Origin: a virus
Length of the DNA: 49,067 bases
Reading direction: 5' to 3' (one strand)
IMG/VR virus record: IMGVR_UViG_3300027908_000009
Span: 1-49,067 of that record
This document shows positions 7,777 through 16,373 of this stretch, piece after piece. A program made the translations under genes and the position numbers. The notes beneath the pieces were generated by a model. It saw nothing but the letters and a program-made list of their open reading frames with translations. It ran no database searches and was not told where the DNA came from. The number at the start of each line of letters is the position of its first letter. Position 1 is the stretch's first letter.

Positions 7777-9867
7777 TTAAGTTCCCTGAACCGCAGGAGG
7801 CGGCGGAACGGGCGGCGGCATTGGAGGCGATCCAGGTACGGTCTGACCCTCCCCCACCGGCTGCATGGCCGCCTCGTGCTGGCGTTCCCAAATCTGCAAT
7901 TGCTGGTCAAGCCAAGCAATGTGCTGGTCGCCTACGGCCTTATCCGCCGTTGCAAGTTGATTGATGGCTTGCGCATAATAGAGAACCTCTTGCGCCTTCT
8001 TGGTCTGCTTGTCCTGCAACAAGAGTTGGCCCTTGTCGTCCAACTCCTTGCCGCGCTGCTCTAGCTCCATGCCCTTAGCAGCTATATCCGGGTTCGGCGC
8101 CGGCTGTTGCTTCAATGCCTTGTCGATGTTGTCAATGCTCGCAGCGGTCAGGATGCGATGGCGAATATCGTGTCCATCAAACCACGGATCATTGGCAAAC
8201 TGCATGAGGAACTGAGCCCGCCCCAAAGCCTGCATATCCGTTACCATCGTTGGATCGGCGACGGGCTCTACGCCACTACCCTTTACATAATCCTCTTTGG
8301 CAATCTTCTTCCAGGTATTGCCGACTTTGTATTGAGAGACTTCATCGCCATAGACGCGGTTCAGACGATAGAGTTTTGCCAGTTCGGACTTGAGAGAACG
8401 GTAAACCCGCTTGTAGATCGCGGTAAAGACTTTCAAGCCTTGTTCAATTATAGCAAGCGTAGTAGTGGCCGGCGTATTGGCACTCTGGCCTTCACCCGTT
8501 AGAACATCCTTGATCGAGGCTATTTCCTTGCCGCTATCGATCAGCGAGCCCAGAAGCTCCAACAGGACTTGTGACGGTCCCGGCCATGGCATCGTTACGA
8601 TGCTGTCTTTCAACGACGCCCCTGACGTATTCACCACCTTGTATTCGCCCAACTGGAACCGGATAACACCAGCATTCATGGACAATCCCTTGCCGATGAA
8701 GCCGCCACCTGTGTTCTGCAGTGTGCCGGCGTCGATTAGCTGGTTAAGCGTAGTGTTAACGGCTTCGTTAATAGGTCGTAGAAGCTGCCCAAAGCCTATT
8801 CCGTATATTCCACCATCGGGGTTGGGCAAAAAATCATACTTTGTGTAGTAGTGTATAGGCTCAATTTTAGTGATCTTGTGGGTTCGTACATTGAAATGGA
8901 TTCCATCCGCGTCATATCTGGCGACAATCCTGACGACCGCGTGCGATTCTTTGTGGACGGTGACGATGTATGGTTCGGCATATCCATCCTCATCCAAATC
9001 CCAATTGCGGTGCTGTTCCAGAAACTCGTGCGGCGCGGATTCGTCGCCTGCCTCCGCATTGGCAGGTTGTCCAAACGGTGTCTCGGGCTCCAACCACAGA
9101 TCAGACCGGAACATAGTCTCGATGTCGTTGGGATAGAACTCTAGTTCTTCGGTAATACGAGGCGCCGTCTCCATGGACTTCGCCTTGTAATTTATCACCA
9201 ACTTCATTGCCGACACACGCAATGAAGCATTTCGTGCCTTTTCCGGATCAAAGAACGACTTACGGAAATCGCATCCAACGATCGGTAGAACATGCAGCAG
9301 AGTATCTGTCTCCGGTTCCCATTCCGGCATTTCATCAAGGAGTTGCCACGACATATGCTCGCCAATGTCGTCAGCGCGCTTTTGCTTCGCGCCAGGCGGG
9401 ACAGCCCATACTGGGGCCTGTGTCTGTGGATCGACTACCGGCTGATGCGTGTGTGGATCGATTGTTGGAATGCCATTGTCGTCACCGATCACCACACCCT
9501 TAACAACGTCCCGGTTTTGGACAATCGCCGGATAGGCACGGGCAGCAAACTGGATAGCCGCATTGGTCATGAGTGGGAAGATGACATTCGCAGACTTGGG
9601 CCAAGGGAACTGCTTCTCCTTGGCTATCTGCATGGCCATATCCATGGCCCGCTCGGTCTTGTCCTTCCATTCGCCGCGTGAGGTAACGTCAATCTGGTAT
9701 TCGTCTATGACGCGCTCGCCGATCTTGCTCAGCAACGTCTTGTCGTCTTTGAACTCAAGGGCAATGTTCTGCGACTTGATCCATTTCAAAAGTTTCTGGT
9801 GGTGGGCAATGTCGGGCGTGGCTGCGCCGTCCGCTGTGTTGTCTACAGCGAGCGCCGGCAATGCCAT
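7777..9867 (-). CDS. Portal protein
   Basis: 696 aa and the largest head-module ORF, downstream of terL. The motif FPWPKSANVIFPLMTNAAIQFAARAYPAIV is recalled from podovirus portals. The C-tail is proline-rich. Confidence 0.75.
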   Translation of the reverse strand: MALPALAVDNTADGAATPDIAHHQKLLKWIKSQNIALEFKDDKTLLSKIGERVIDEYQIDVTSRGEWKDKTERAMDMAMQIAKEKQFPWPKSANVIFPLMTNAAIQFAARAYPAIVQNRDVVKGVVIGDDNGIPTIDPHTHQPVVDPQTQAPVWAVPPGAKQKRADDIGEHMSWQLLDEMPEWEPETDTLLHVLPIVGCDFRKSFFDPEKARNASLRVSAMKLVINYKAKSMETAPRITEELEFYPNDIETMFRSDLWLEPETPFGQPANAEAGDESAPHEFLEQHRNWDLDEDGYAEPYIVTVHKESHAVVRIVARYDADGIHFNVRTHKITKIEPIHYYTKYDFLPNPDGGIYGIGFGQLLRPINEAVNTTLNQLIDAGTLQNTGGGFIGKGLSMNAGVIRFQLGEYKVVNTSGASLKDSIVTMPWPGPSQVLLELLGSLIDSGKEIASIKDVLTGEGQSANTPATTTLAIIEQGLKVFTAIYKRVYRSLKSELAKLYRLNRVYGDEVSQYKVGNTWKKIAKEDYVKGSGVEPVADPTMVTDMQALGRAQFLMQFANDPWFDGHDIRHRILTAASIDNIDKALKQQPAPNPDIAAKGMELEQRGKELDDKGQLLLQDKQTKKAQEVLYYAQAINQLATADKAVGDQHIAWLDQQLQIWERQHEAAMQPVGEGQTVPGSPPMPPPVPPPPAVQGT

Positions 9868-9870
9868 GTG

Positions 9871-10026
9871 TTAATACCCCGTAGTCTCTGATCGCTCAGT
9901 CATGACGAACGGCTCGCGCTTGTTCGCAATGTACTCACGCCATTCGGCAGGGTCACGTTCTTTCAAGTCCCTCGTGTAGTTGTCTTGGCGTTCGGAGCGT
10001 AGAGCTTTGGTGATCTGGCTAGGCAT
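9871..10026 (-). CDS. Hypothetical 51-aa charged protein below the ORF-track threshold
   Basis: MPSQITKALRSERQDNYTRDLKERDPAEWREYIANKREPF... The ATG lies inside the end of the MTase gene, and the TAA is 3 nt before the portal ATG. Confidence 0.45.
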   Translation of the reverse strand: MPSQITKALRSERQDNYTRDLKERDPAEWREYIANKREPFVMTERSETTGY

Positions 10027-10684
10027 GCACGATGAACTTTCGCCCGACTATGCCGTATGGTCCCCAATCCGTTACCATCCGCAAATGCCATAGATCGTAT
10101 TTGTTGCGAATATCAACGAACGCTTTCTGCTCGCCGAACTTGGGACTTCCCCGATTGCAGTACCAATCATCGAAGAACAGCGCGCAGCCGTCCGACAGCA
10201 TATCGTTGTCGAATAGATGATCTAGCACGTCATACGCGCTCTCGTACAAATCACAATCGATATGAACCAGCGCAAACTTGGTATCCGCAGGAATATTCGA
10301 CAGCGTTTCCTTGTACCAACCAGGAACAACCCTGATCTGTTCCACAGGCAGATATGCGCTGCATTCTCTGGTTACGCTGTTAGGTGACGGAGCGTGAGCG
10401 CCTTCGACCTTCCAATTCCATGCACCTGATTTGACGTGCGGCGATTCGGTATCGGGTGGTAGCGTAGCGTCAGGCAAGCCCTGGAAGCTATCGAACAGCC
10501 ACAGCTTGCGCTCGATCTTGAAGTCCCGCTCACATCCCTGCATCGCAGCCGCCAGAGCGCGTGAGCTATTGCCCCAGAAGCAACCGAACTCGGCTATGTC
10601 GCCCTGTACATCGCTCATGTAGGTGTAGACAACGCCGTGGCTTAGATCGCGTAGGGATTGGTCGTCCGTTAAACCCGGTATCAT
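10019..10684 (-). CDS. TylF (macrocin-O-methyltransferase) family SAM-dependent O-methyltransferase
   Basis: Motifs GDIAEFGCFWGNSS, LWLFDSFQGLPD and VHIDCDLYESAYDVLDHLF...GCALFFDDW match the TylF family signature as I remember it. Confidence 0.75.
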   Translation of the reverse strand: MIPGLTDDQSLRDLSHGVVYTYMSDVQGDIAEFGCFWGNSSRALAAAMQGCERDFKIERKLWLFDSFQGLPDATLPPDTESPHVKSGAWNWKVEGAHAPSPNSVTRECSAYLPVEQIRVVPGWYKETLSNIPADTKFALVHIDCDLYESAYDVLDHLFDNDMLSDGCALFFDDWYCNRGSPKFGEQKAFVDIRNKYDLWHLRMVTDWGPYGIVGRKFIVHA

Positions 10685-10725
10685 TCCTGCCTCTTTGCCT
10701 AAGTGCTAGTAGCCGGTGAATTGCA

Positions 10726-10807
10726 ACTGAGCCGGCGCCTAATCCTATCTCACAATAGGATCACTCTCACCATATAGGTAGAGAGCTGAAAGACTCGCCG
10801 GCTCAGT
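10726..10807. other. Y-shaped inverted-repeat element in the spacer between terL and the MTase gene
   Basis: A 12-bp perfect stem pairs actgagccggcg (10726-37) with cgccggctcagt (10796-10807). It encloses two hairpins: atcctat/ataggat (10742-48/10755-61) and ctctc/gagag (10764-68/10781-85). The stem overlaps the terL stop. Confidence 0.6.
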
Positions 10808-12119
10808 ATCCCGTTATCTCACTTCGCGGTGTCTCAACTGGACTGTCAAAGCCATCAAACAATCCGCTGATCGATTGAGCGCCTTCTATCGCAACAGCAT
10901 CAATCGCCAATGCAAGGTAGCGCATGGCATCCGCACCATGTGAGGCCCAATCATGGATTGGGTTTGCTCTCAATGCCTGTAGCTTGTCGTCGTAATGAGC
11001 ACGATACATCTTGAGCGCATCAACGCCGCGAACCGTCTTGCGTATATCAAAATAGCACTTCGGAAGCATCATGCGAACGGCGTTAATACCATCTTCCACA
11101 CGATGTTGAGGGGCTATAACAACGTCTTTCAGCCCTAGACTTTCAAGAACCTCTAGCCTGGATTTTCCAGTCCCAAGTTCTTTCGCCCTAACATCATGCG
11201 GCAGGACATGGCCGCCATAGATATAGTCTCGCGTGCGCAATTCCCGAACGTAATGCCCAAGATCGGCACCGGATGCCTCGTAATAGTCGATCAAGTGGAC
11301 TTCACGTCCGACAATCTGTGCAAACCAGATTGCCGTCGAATCCCTGATCCCCAAATCCCAAGCGGTCCAAACCTGCGCAGTCGGCTCATAAGGAACCCCG
11401 CAAATGCGCTTCTCGCGCTCGGCGTCCTCCATGAACTTGCCGTAGTAGGCCCCGACTGTAGCTGCATCGAACGAACACTCGAATTCCTGCGCATACTGGC
11501 TTGGCGAAAGCGTCTTGCGGATATTAGCCAATTCTGCAGCCGGAATAATCCCTGTCTCGCTGGCTTTCAGCGTAAGCCGGAAGAAATCAGGATCAAGCGT
11601 TCCGTTCTCTAATCGATCGATCGAATAGAACCAGTCACGACCCTGCGGGGTTCCAATAAACGTGGCACCACCCGCAAAATCGGCGAGCGTTGGCCGAATA
11701 ACCTCTGGCCACGCTCTAGGATCAATTTGAGCTGGTTCGTCGATTGTAACGTCGTCGTTGTAGACGCCGCGCATCCGCTCGTAGTTGTCCGCACCATAGA
11801 GCCTGATTCTTGCGCCATTTGGGTACTCAATCCACAGTTCGCTTTCGCTGACCTGTGTGCCAGGTATTGGGCCGGAATAGTGCTTGAGATAGGCCCAGGC
11901 TATGTCCTTCGCCTGTGCATAAGTCGGCGCGACGAAGGAATAGCGCGGGGGTGGGCTTTGCCTCTCATTCTTGAGCGCGGCCCTGATCTTGTCGTTGATG
12001 CAGCCTACCGTCTTACCAAACCGACGATGAGCCACGATCTTGGCAAATCGTTGCGTTCGCCGATGATAGGCCTCTAGCTGCGCACGAGGCCGATACGGAA
12101 TGCGGATCAGTTCTCCCAC
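10803..12119 (-). CDS. terL: Terminase large subunit
   Basis: 438 aa with Walker A-like HRRFGKT, Walker B VTIDEP, and the nuclease motif WTAWDLGIRDSTAIWF. Confidence 0.9.
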   Translation of the reverse strand: MGELIRIPYRPRAQLEAYHRRTQRFAKIVAHRRFGKTVGCINDKIRAALKNERQSPPPRYSFVAPTYAQAKDIAWAYLKHYSGPIPGTQVSESELWIEYPNGARIRLYGADNYERMRGVYNDDVTIDEPAQIDPRAWPEVIRPTLADFAGGATFIGTPQGRDWFYSIDRLENGTLDPDFFRLTLKASETGIIPAAELANIRKTLSPSQYAQEFECSFDAATVGAYYGKFMEDAEREKRICGVPYEPTAQVWTAWDLGIRDSTAIWFAQIVGREVHLIDYYEASGADLGHYVRELRTRDYIYGGHVLPHDVRAKELGTGKSRLEVLESLGLKDVVIAPQHRVEDGINAVRMMLPKCYFDIRKTVRGVDALKMYRAHYDDKLQALRANPIHDWASHGADAMRYLALAIDAVAIEGAQSISGLFDGFDSPVETPRSEITGY

Positions 12120-12355
12120 GTTACCGTCAATCGCAGCGGTTTTTCCTCATCGCCGGCCAACGTAGTAGGCAGCACCTTACCCAAAAGGCCCATAAATGGC
12201 CCAGGATTCAATGTGGCTTGCTTAGTGAGATAGCCAACCATGCCTGCTTCGTCACCGGCCTTCTCGGCAGCCTTTAGGATTGCTTCCTTGAGGCCGGCGG
12301 GTATTCTGTTCTTACTGCCTTTGCGCCGGCCTCCGGTTTTAACACCGTGGCCCAT
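12107..12355 (-). CDS. Putative small terminase or DNA-binding packaging subunit
   Basis: 82 aa with basic N-terminus GGRRKGSKNRIP. It overlaps the terL start by 13 nt. Confidence 0.45.
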   Translation of the reverse strand: MGHGVKTGGRRKGSKNRIPAGLKEAILKAAEKAGDEAGMVGYLTKQATLNPGPFMGLLGKVLPTTLAGDEEKPLRLTVTWEN

Positions 12356-12371
12356 TTGGTCTATTTTCCTT

Positions 12372-12665
12372 CTATTCTGCTGAATTAGACAACTGCCTCA
12401 ACTCCGCTTCCATCGCATCAATGTCGGTATTATGCTGGTCTATCAATGCGTTAGCTGATTTGAAGGCGTCCGGTGCTTTCTTGTCGAGGTCGTCTAGCCT
12501 TGCTGCGAGCTGGTCAGCCTGGTTGTCCAGGGATTTCTTGGTGGCTGCTATTCGTTGGGCGATGCTGTGGAGTTTGCCGCTCGGCTCGGGCCCGATGGGC
12601 TTAATGCTTGCTGCGGCTTCGCTCAATCGGACTGTTCGGTGTTGTAGGAATTGAGGGGCTGGCAT
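12372..12665 (-). CDS. Hypothetical coiled-coil protein
   Basis: 97-aa ORF in operon orientation. Confidence 0.5.
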   Translation of the reverse strand: MPAPQFLQHRTVRLSEAAASIKPIGPEPSGKLHSIAQRIAATKKSLDNQADQLAARLDDLDKKAPDAFKSANALIDQHNTDIDAMEAELRQLSNSAE

Positions 12666-12877
12666 TTCAAATCCTCGGGCGGCACTGTGCTCAGTGACGA
12701 CATGGGATTTGCCATCCCACCGGCTCTCGCCACGCCCTCCCTTTCATTCCCCATTGCCGCAGCAAAATCATCACACCACTGCCGATCTAGGTATGATTCC
12801 GCAGTCATCATCTCTAGACAACGATACAGTTCCCAATAATCAATATACCGGAAATTGTCATAACGTTCGTACATCAT
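12623..12877 (-). CDS. Hypothetical protein
   Basis: 84-aa ORF with an ATGATG start overlapping the upstream stop. Confidence 0.5.
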   Translation of the reverse strand: MMYERYDNFRYIDYWELYRCLEMMTAESYLDRQWCDDFAAAMGNEREGVARAGGMANPMSSLSTVPPEDLKCQPLNSYNTEQSD

Positions 12878-13053
12878 TTCAAAAACGCCGCCCCCGACCT
12901 CGAATGAGCGAACGCCGCTTTCTTCCTAGGCCGCTTTAGCGGTTTCTCTGTGGGATTGGTGAAGCTTGTGGGGAGTAGTGGCTTTTCTGCACCACCTTGA
13001 CGGTGGACTGACCCTAGGTGGCCAGGAAGAGGTAATGCAGTTGCGCGTTGCAT
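12874..13053 (-). CDS. Hypothetical basic 59-aa protein below the ORF-track threshold
   Basis: It is coupled at both ends (TAATG at 13053, ATGATG/TGA at 12874-77). Translation is MQRATALPLPGHLGSVHRQGG...KRPRKKAAF... Confidence 0.4.
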   Translation of the reverse strand: MQRATALPLPGHLGSVHRQGGAEKPLLPTSFTNPTEKPLKRPRKKAAFAHSRSGAAFLK

Positions 13054-13289
13054 TAATAGCTCGAAGGACTGCCGGCGCTGAATTGCTGAGAGTTGGGCAA
13101 TAGCCCACCACCAGTAAATGCGCGTCCAGCCTGTGGAAATGCTGCTTGAACCGGCTGGCCAGCCAATAAACCACCCTGCATCATGTTGACGGGATTGGCC
13201 ACAGGTTGCGCCACGGTCTGGTTTGAACCTGCCGGCGCGGCTACTCCCATGGATGGCGCGTTCTGGATCATTCCCGCATATGCTGGCAT
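13053..13289 (-). CDS. Hypothetical Gln/Ala/Gly/Pro-rich protein, predicted disordered
   Basis: 78-aa ORF in operon orientation. Confidence 0.45.
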   Translation of the reverse strand: MPAYAGMIQNAPSMGVAAPAGSNQTVAQPVANPVNMMQGGLLAGQPVQAAFPQAGRAFTGGGLLPNSQQFSAGSPSSY

Positions 13290-13292
13290 GGT

Positions 13293-13532
13293 CTATTCCT
13301 CGTGGAAGGGGCCGTGATCGGGCATAGGATGATAGCCAGCGGGCTTACGAATGCCCCTGGTGCTATCCCCCTTGAGGGCCTTACGGCTGCCCCTGGGCTC
13401 ACTATGAGGTTTGTGGGTGTGGTCGTGAGGCTGTACGCCGAAAGTCTCGTGCTCTTGCGGATCGCCACCGTGGCGGGCTAGGCGCTGGTGCTGCCGGATT
13501 GGGCCAGAACCCTCTTTGGCTGTTTTGTCCAT
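13293..13532 (-). CDS. Hypothetical His-rich protein
   Basis: 79 aa with about 10 His residues (HDHTHKPH, HQRLARH). Confidence 0.45.
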   Translation of the reverse strand: MDKTAKEGSGPIRQHQRLARHGGDPQEHETFGVQPHDHTHKPHSEPRGSRKALKGDSTRGIRKPAGYHPMPDHGPFHEE

Positions 13533-13537
13533 GTGGA

Positions 13538-13726
13538 TTAGCCTTTCGTGAAAGCGTGCTTCTTGTGGCCGCTAAAGGCTGGTTTCTTCCGTTTTGGAAG
13601 GCTTTTGCCTTTAGTGGCAGAATCCCATTCGGCTACTTTGGTGGGGCCGCCGAGAGCCTTAACCCCGCTGGACGTATGTGCCCATCGCTCTTGAGCTAGT
13701 GACTGGTAGGGCACTGAACTCCCCAA
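13538..13726 (-). CDS. Hypothetical small basic protein, possibly DUF3008-like
   Basis: SLAQERW...VAEWDSATKGKSLPKRKK resembles the DUF3008 pattern from memory. The match is weak. Confidence 0.35.
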   Translation of the reverse strand: MGSSVPYQSLAQERWAHTSSGVKALGGPTKVAEWDSATKGKSLPKRKKPAFSGHKKHAFTKG

Positions 13727-13938
13727 TGATCGGGGCCTATAACCGGCTGGCTTCCGTCTGCGTCCATTTCAGCAACAATCTGAGCCGGCGTTGCCTCACG
13801 CCACTTCTTCGGCGTGACAACCTTTAAGCCATTTGGCGTATAGTAATCATCACCGCGTTTTACACACGGCAATTCGATATGACCGTAATCGCCAAAACCA
13901 TTGCAGTTTTTGAGATAAGCAGCCTGCTCGGGGGTCAT
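13696..13938 (-). CDS. Hypothetical protein
   Basis: 80-aa ORF in operon orientation. Confidence 0.5.
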   Translation of the reverse strand: MTPEQAAYLKNCNGFGDYGHIELPCVKRGDDYYTPNGLKVVTPKKWREATPAQIVAEMDADGSQPVIGPDHWGVQCPTSH

Positions 13939-13979
13939 TTCTGCTCCGCAGACGCAATTTTAGGAGGACATTTCGGACA

Positions 13980-14585
13980 TTATGCCCGATTTTTTCCTAA
14001 ATCAAGTGCTTGGCCTATCGTGTTCAACGCTATCCGCAGTAGTCCATAGTCGTTTGCCGTCAGCACCCCTACAGGCCAGTTTTCCACACATACCCCGAAG
14101 GATAGTTTAAGCGGTCTATCGCTATAGTCAAGAATTAAACCGCGTAACCCATTGTAAGCGTTAGACCATTGACGACGGACTAATAGAATTGTTTCCTCCA
14201 ATGGCTCCGTTGTGGATAAACCATTGACCTGGCCGAGCATTGGCGATTTAAGGCCCAATGAATAGCCCATGATGGCCGAGTGGCGCCGGCAGAGCGAGCC
14301 AAAATAATCGCCAGCCTCGTACTGTTTTCGATCAATTCCGCGCAATCGGTCGCCTTGCTGGTAGAAAAGCAAGAGCCTGCCAAGGGTAAATCCGGCCTTC
14401 GCATCGGTCGCCGTTGAGGTCGGAACGTCGGAAACGCCGTTGTAGCGGAGCTGGTGCAAGATTATCCCGTCCTTTTTTAATTCTCGTTCCCGAACTGCGA
14501 TTGTCTCGGGGTGAATTCCGCCTATTTCTCCCCTGGATTTTCCATTTGCGTCACGGTGAACATTCGGCTTGCGCGGACGACCCAT
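13980..14585 (-). CDS. Hypothetical protein with a basic GRPRKP N-terminus
   Basis: ATG at 14585 is preceded by AGGGGGA. The longer track ORF lacks an RBS. Confidence 0.55.
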   Translation of the reverse strand: MGRPRKPNVHRDANGKSRGEIGGIHPETIAVRERELKKDGIILHQLRYNGVSDVPTSTATDAKAGFTLGRLLLFYQQGDRLRGIDRKQYEAGDYFGSLCRRHSAIMGYSLGLKSPMLGQVNGLSTTEPLEETILLVRRQWSNAYNGLRGLILDYSDRPLKLSFGVCVENWPVGVLTANDYGLLRIALNTIGQALDLGKNRA

Positions 14586-14687
14586 AAATCCCCCTATTTT
14601 ATCGAAACGGCCAAAATCCAATGAGAAAACAACCGCCGCCCGTAAGCCAGAGCGCAAGACCTACAATTATAAATCCGTCGCGAATGG

Positions 14688-14819
14688 TCATGATTTTTTC
14701 CTGGATGTGTCATCCCGCTCTAGCTCGAACTGCCAGTTCATTGCATGATAAATCATCACTGACACGCCGATTAGGGTAAAGAATCCGATTATTAGGCAGG
14801 TTGCGGTTATGGGACTCAT
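14688..14819 (-). CDS. Micro-membrane protein of about 43 aa, below the ORF-track threshold
   Basis: MSPITATCLIIGFFTLIGVSVMIYHAM... It has ATGA overlaps at both ends. A further 29-aa TM ORF follows, starting at 14691. Confidence 0.4.
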   Translation of the reverse strand: MSPITATCLIIGFFTLIGVSVMIYHAMNWQFELERDDTSRKKS

Positions 14820-14932
14820 TTTGAGGCCAGGGCAGCTTCAATATCGTTGGCTGTCCGATGTAACTGGCGCGTGATCTGCCGAGTTACCCATTCAACGCGG
14901 CGAGCTAGTTCCAGGGTTTGAGCGGCGGTCAT
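14816..14932 (-). CDS. Hypothetical 38-aa protein
   Basis: Its ATG overlaps the stop of the wHTH gene (TAATG). Its stop overlaps the next ATG. Confidence 0.35.
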   Translation of the reverse strand: MTAAQTLELARRVEWVTRQITRQLHRTANDIEAALASK

Positions 14933-15258
14933 TATAGCCCCGGATTTTCACTTTCTATCAGCCTATAGCGCGACCCAGGGCCATGCCTCGCACGAATCAT
15001 ATAGCCTTGAGCCTTTAACTCCTTATTGGCATTCCAAACCGCTGTCTTTATTGAATTTGCTGCCCATTCAGGTCCTCCATTGGGCCGATCGCCATAGACA
15101 ATATCCGCGATCTCAAGGAGTGAAATACCATCAGGGCGGCGGCCAACGAGTTCTAGTATCCGCGTGCGGATCGGGCCCGAAACGGTGAGTGCTGGCGCTA
15201 GAGGGCGCCCACAGCACGGGCAAATCTCAGGTTCTCGCCGGGGAAATGCGGTGCTCAT
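14932..15258 (-). CDS. Winged-helix DNA-binding protein with a CxxC N-terminus and an OmpR/PhoB-type effector-like domain
   Basis: ICPCCGRPL, then RILELVGRRPDGISLLEIADIVYGDRP...NSIKTAVWNANKELKAQGYMIRA resembles the trans_reg_C pattern. Confidence 0.5.
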   Translation of the reverse strand: MSTAFPRREPEICPCCGRPLAPALTVSGPIRTRILELVGRRPDGISLLEIADIVYGDRPNGGPEWAANSIKTAVWNANKELKAQGYMIRARHGPGSRYRLIESENPGL

Positions 15259-15425
15259 CAGTGCATTGTTTCTGCTTTGAGCACTAAGCCGCCAGAATAT
15301 CGATAAACGTCAATTGCAGCGTGTCGGATAACCTCCGGCGCCGCGCCATTGAAGATTAAGCGGCGGTATAGATCGCAAGCTTGTTGAAAACGAACCTCGA
15401 TATTGTCGATCTTGCTGCCGTACAT
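15258..15425 (-). CDS. Hypothetical 55-aa protein below the ORF-track threshold
   Basis: A strong RBS AGGAGGG lies 7 nt before ATG 15425. The stop overlaps the wHTH start (TGATG). Confidence 0.55.
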   Translation of the reverse strand: MYGSKIDNIEVRFQQACDLYRRLIFNGAAPEVIRHAAIDVYRYSGGLVLKAETMH

Positions 15426-15524
15426 CGTCAATCCCTCCTGAGTTATCCTAGTTATCTACAGGCCCTTAGCTTTCCTCGCTAAGCCTCTTTCTAATGTGAT
15501 TGTGATTGTGTTGGCATTTGCCAG

Positions 15525-15860
15525 CTAGTGACCGTTTGCCTTACCGTGCTTAGCCCACGCACCCTTGAGGCCAGCTAAACTGCGACGCTGGCTTATGTTT
15601 TTGTATTTTATCAATTCCTCATCTAAGCGATTATGGCGCCATTCCTTGGTGAAGAATTTGGCAATCGCATAGCAATTGCCAGCCCACTCATCCTCATCCA
15701 TTCTGGCAATTGCCATAAGTTCTTTATCGGTCGTCGGGAGACCGTCATTTGCCCAATAATAGAGGATGAGAAGAACGTAGGCGCCATGTTGAATTGTAGA
15801 CAGGTGTCCGGTCTTGGCGAGATAATCGCCAACGTAAAACGGCATCCATGCTTTAGCCAT
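15525..15860 (-). CDS. DUF1376 (YdaU-like) protein, replication-associated in phages
   Basis: MAKAWMPFYVGDYLAKTGHLSTIQHGAYVLLILYYWANDGLP is the canonical DUF1376 N-terminal signature. The track ORF extends 45 codons 5' from a TTG. Confidence 0.7.
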   Translation of the reverse strand: MAKAWMPFYVGDYLAKTGHLSTIQHGAYVLLILYYWANDGLPTTDKELMAIARMDEDEWAGNCYAIAKFFTKEWRHNRLDEELIKYKNISQRRSLAGLKGAWAKHGKANGH

Positions 15861-15991
15861 TGGCCCCGTCACTGGGCTGCGCGCGTCCCAAACCGCGCTA
15901 GGAAGTTTGCCGGTAAGCCCCGTGACGAGGGCAACGGAGCTTATCCCGCTGTCCCGGCTAAGGTATAATTTGCCATGATGGCGCGTGGTTT

Positions 15992-16192
15992 TCAAGCTAC
16001 CTCTTGGGATTGCGAAACCGATAATTCGGCCAAAACATACTCCGCGAGCCTCATTGAAGGCCCTTTCTCGGGCAATCCATCCCGCTCCCAGCGGGATATG
16101 GTCCCGCGATCTACATTGAAACGTTTGGCAAATTCTGCTTGGTCCTCGCCGAGGCGAGCGCGGGCGACACGAATATCGGCTGCTGTAATCAT
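15992..16192 (-). CDS. XRE/Cro-CI-type helix-turn-helix regulator
   Basis: MITAADIRVARARLGEDQAEFAKRFNVDRGTISRWERDG is a typical HTH_3 pattern. It is the first gene of the minus-strand arm and is divergent from the early arm. Confidence 0.8.
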   Translation of the reverse strand: MITAADIRVARARLGEDQAEFAKRFNVDRGTISRWERDGLPEKGPSMRLAEYVLAELSVSQSQEVA

Positions 16193-16198
16193 TACACG

Positions 16199-16226
16199 AA
16201 CATACACGCTATGCCATGAATGTCAA
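16199..16226 (-). promoter_or_regulatory. Leftward sigma70-like promoter; the regulator mRNA is predicted to be leaderless
   Basis: On the minus strand: TTGACA (16226-21), 16-nt spacer, TATGTT (16204-16199), then 6 nt, then ATG at 16192. Confidence 0.5.
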
Positions 16227-16238
16227 ACCGCTTGACAT
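16220..16238. promoter_or_regulatory. Palindromic operator ATGTCAA-N5-TTGACAT whose arms are the two divergent -35 boxes
   Basis: A perfect 7-bp inverted repeat. The related motif TGACATG recurs at 16283-89 and 16370-76. Confidence 0.6.
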
Positions 16239-16260
16239 GCCGCGCGTGGCGTGCATTATA
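16232..16260 (+). promoter_or_regulatory. Rightward early promoter
   Basis: TTGACA (16232-37), 17-nt spacer, ATTATA (16255-60). Confidence 0.55.
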
Positions 16261-16373
16261 GTGATTATCGAACGCAGGGGACTGACATGCCCGTAATCAT
16301 CACCCTTACATCTGCGCCGCCGGCTACATCGCTTTGGTCGCGCTGATCGTCATGAACCGGGAGGAAGCCTGAC

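Noticed and set aside
15495-15512. The TGTGAT tandem hexamer (gtgattgtgattgtg) in the spacer after the DUF1376 gene, considered as an origin iteron.
   Set aside because: Only about 2.5 copies are present, with no flanking AT-rich or DnaA-box-like sequence. The evidence is too weak to call.
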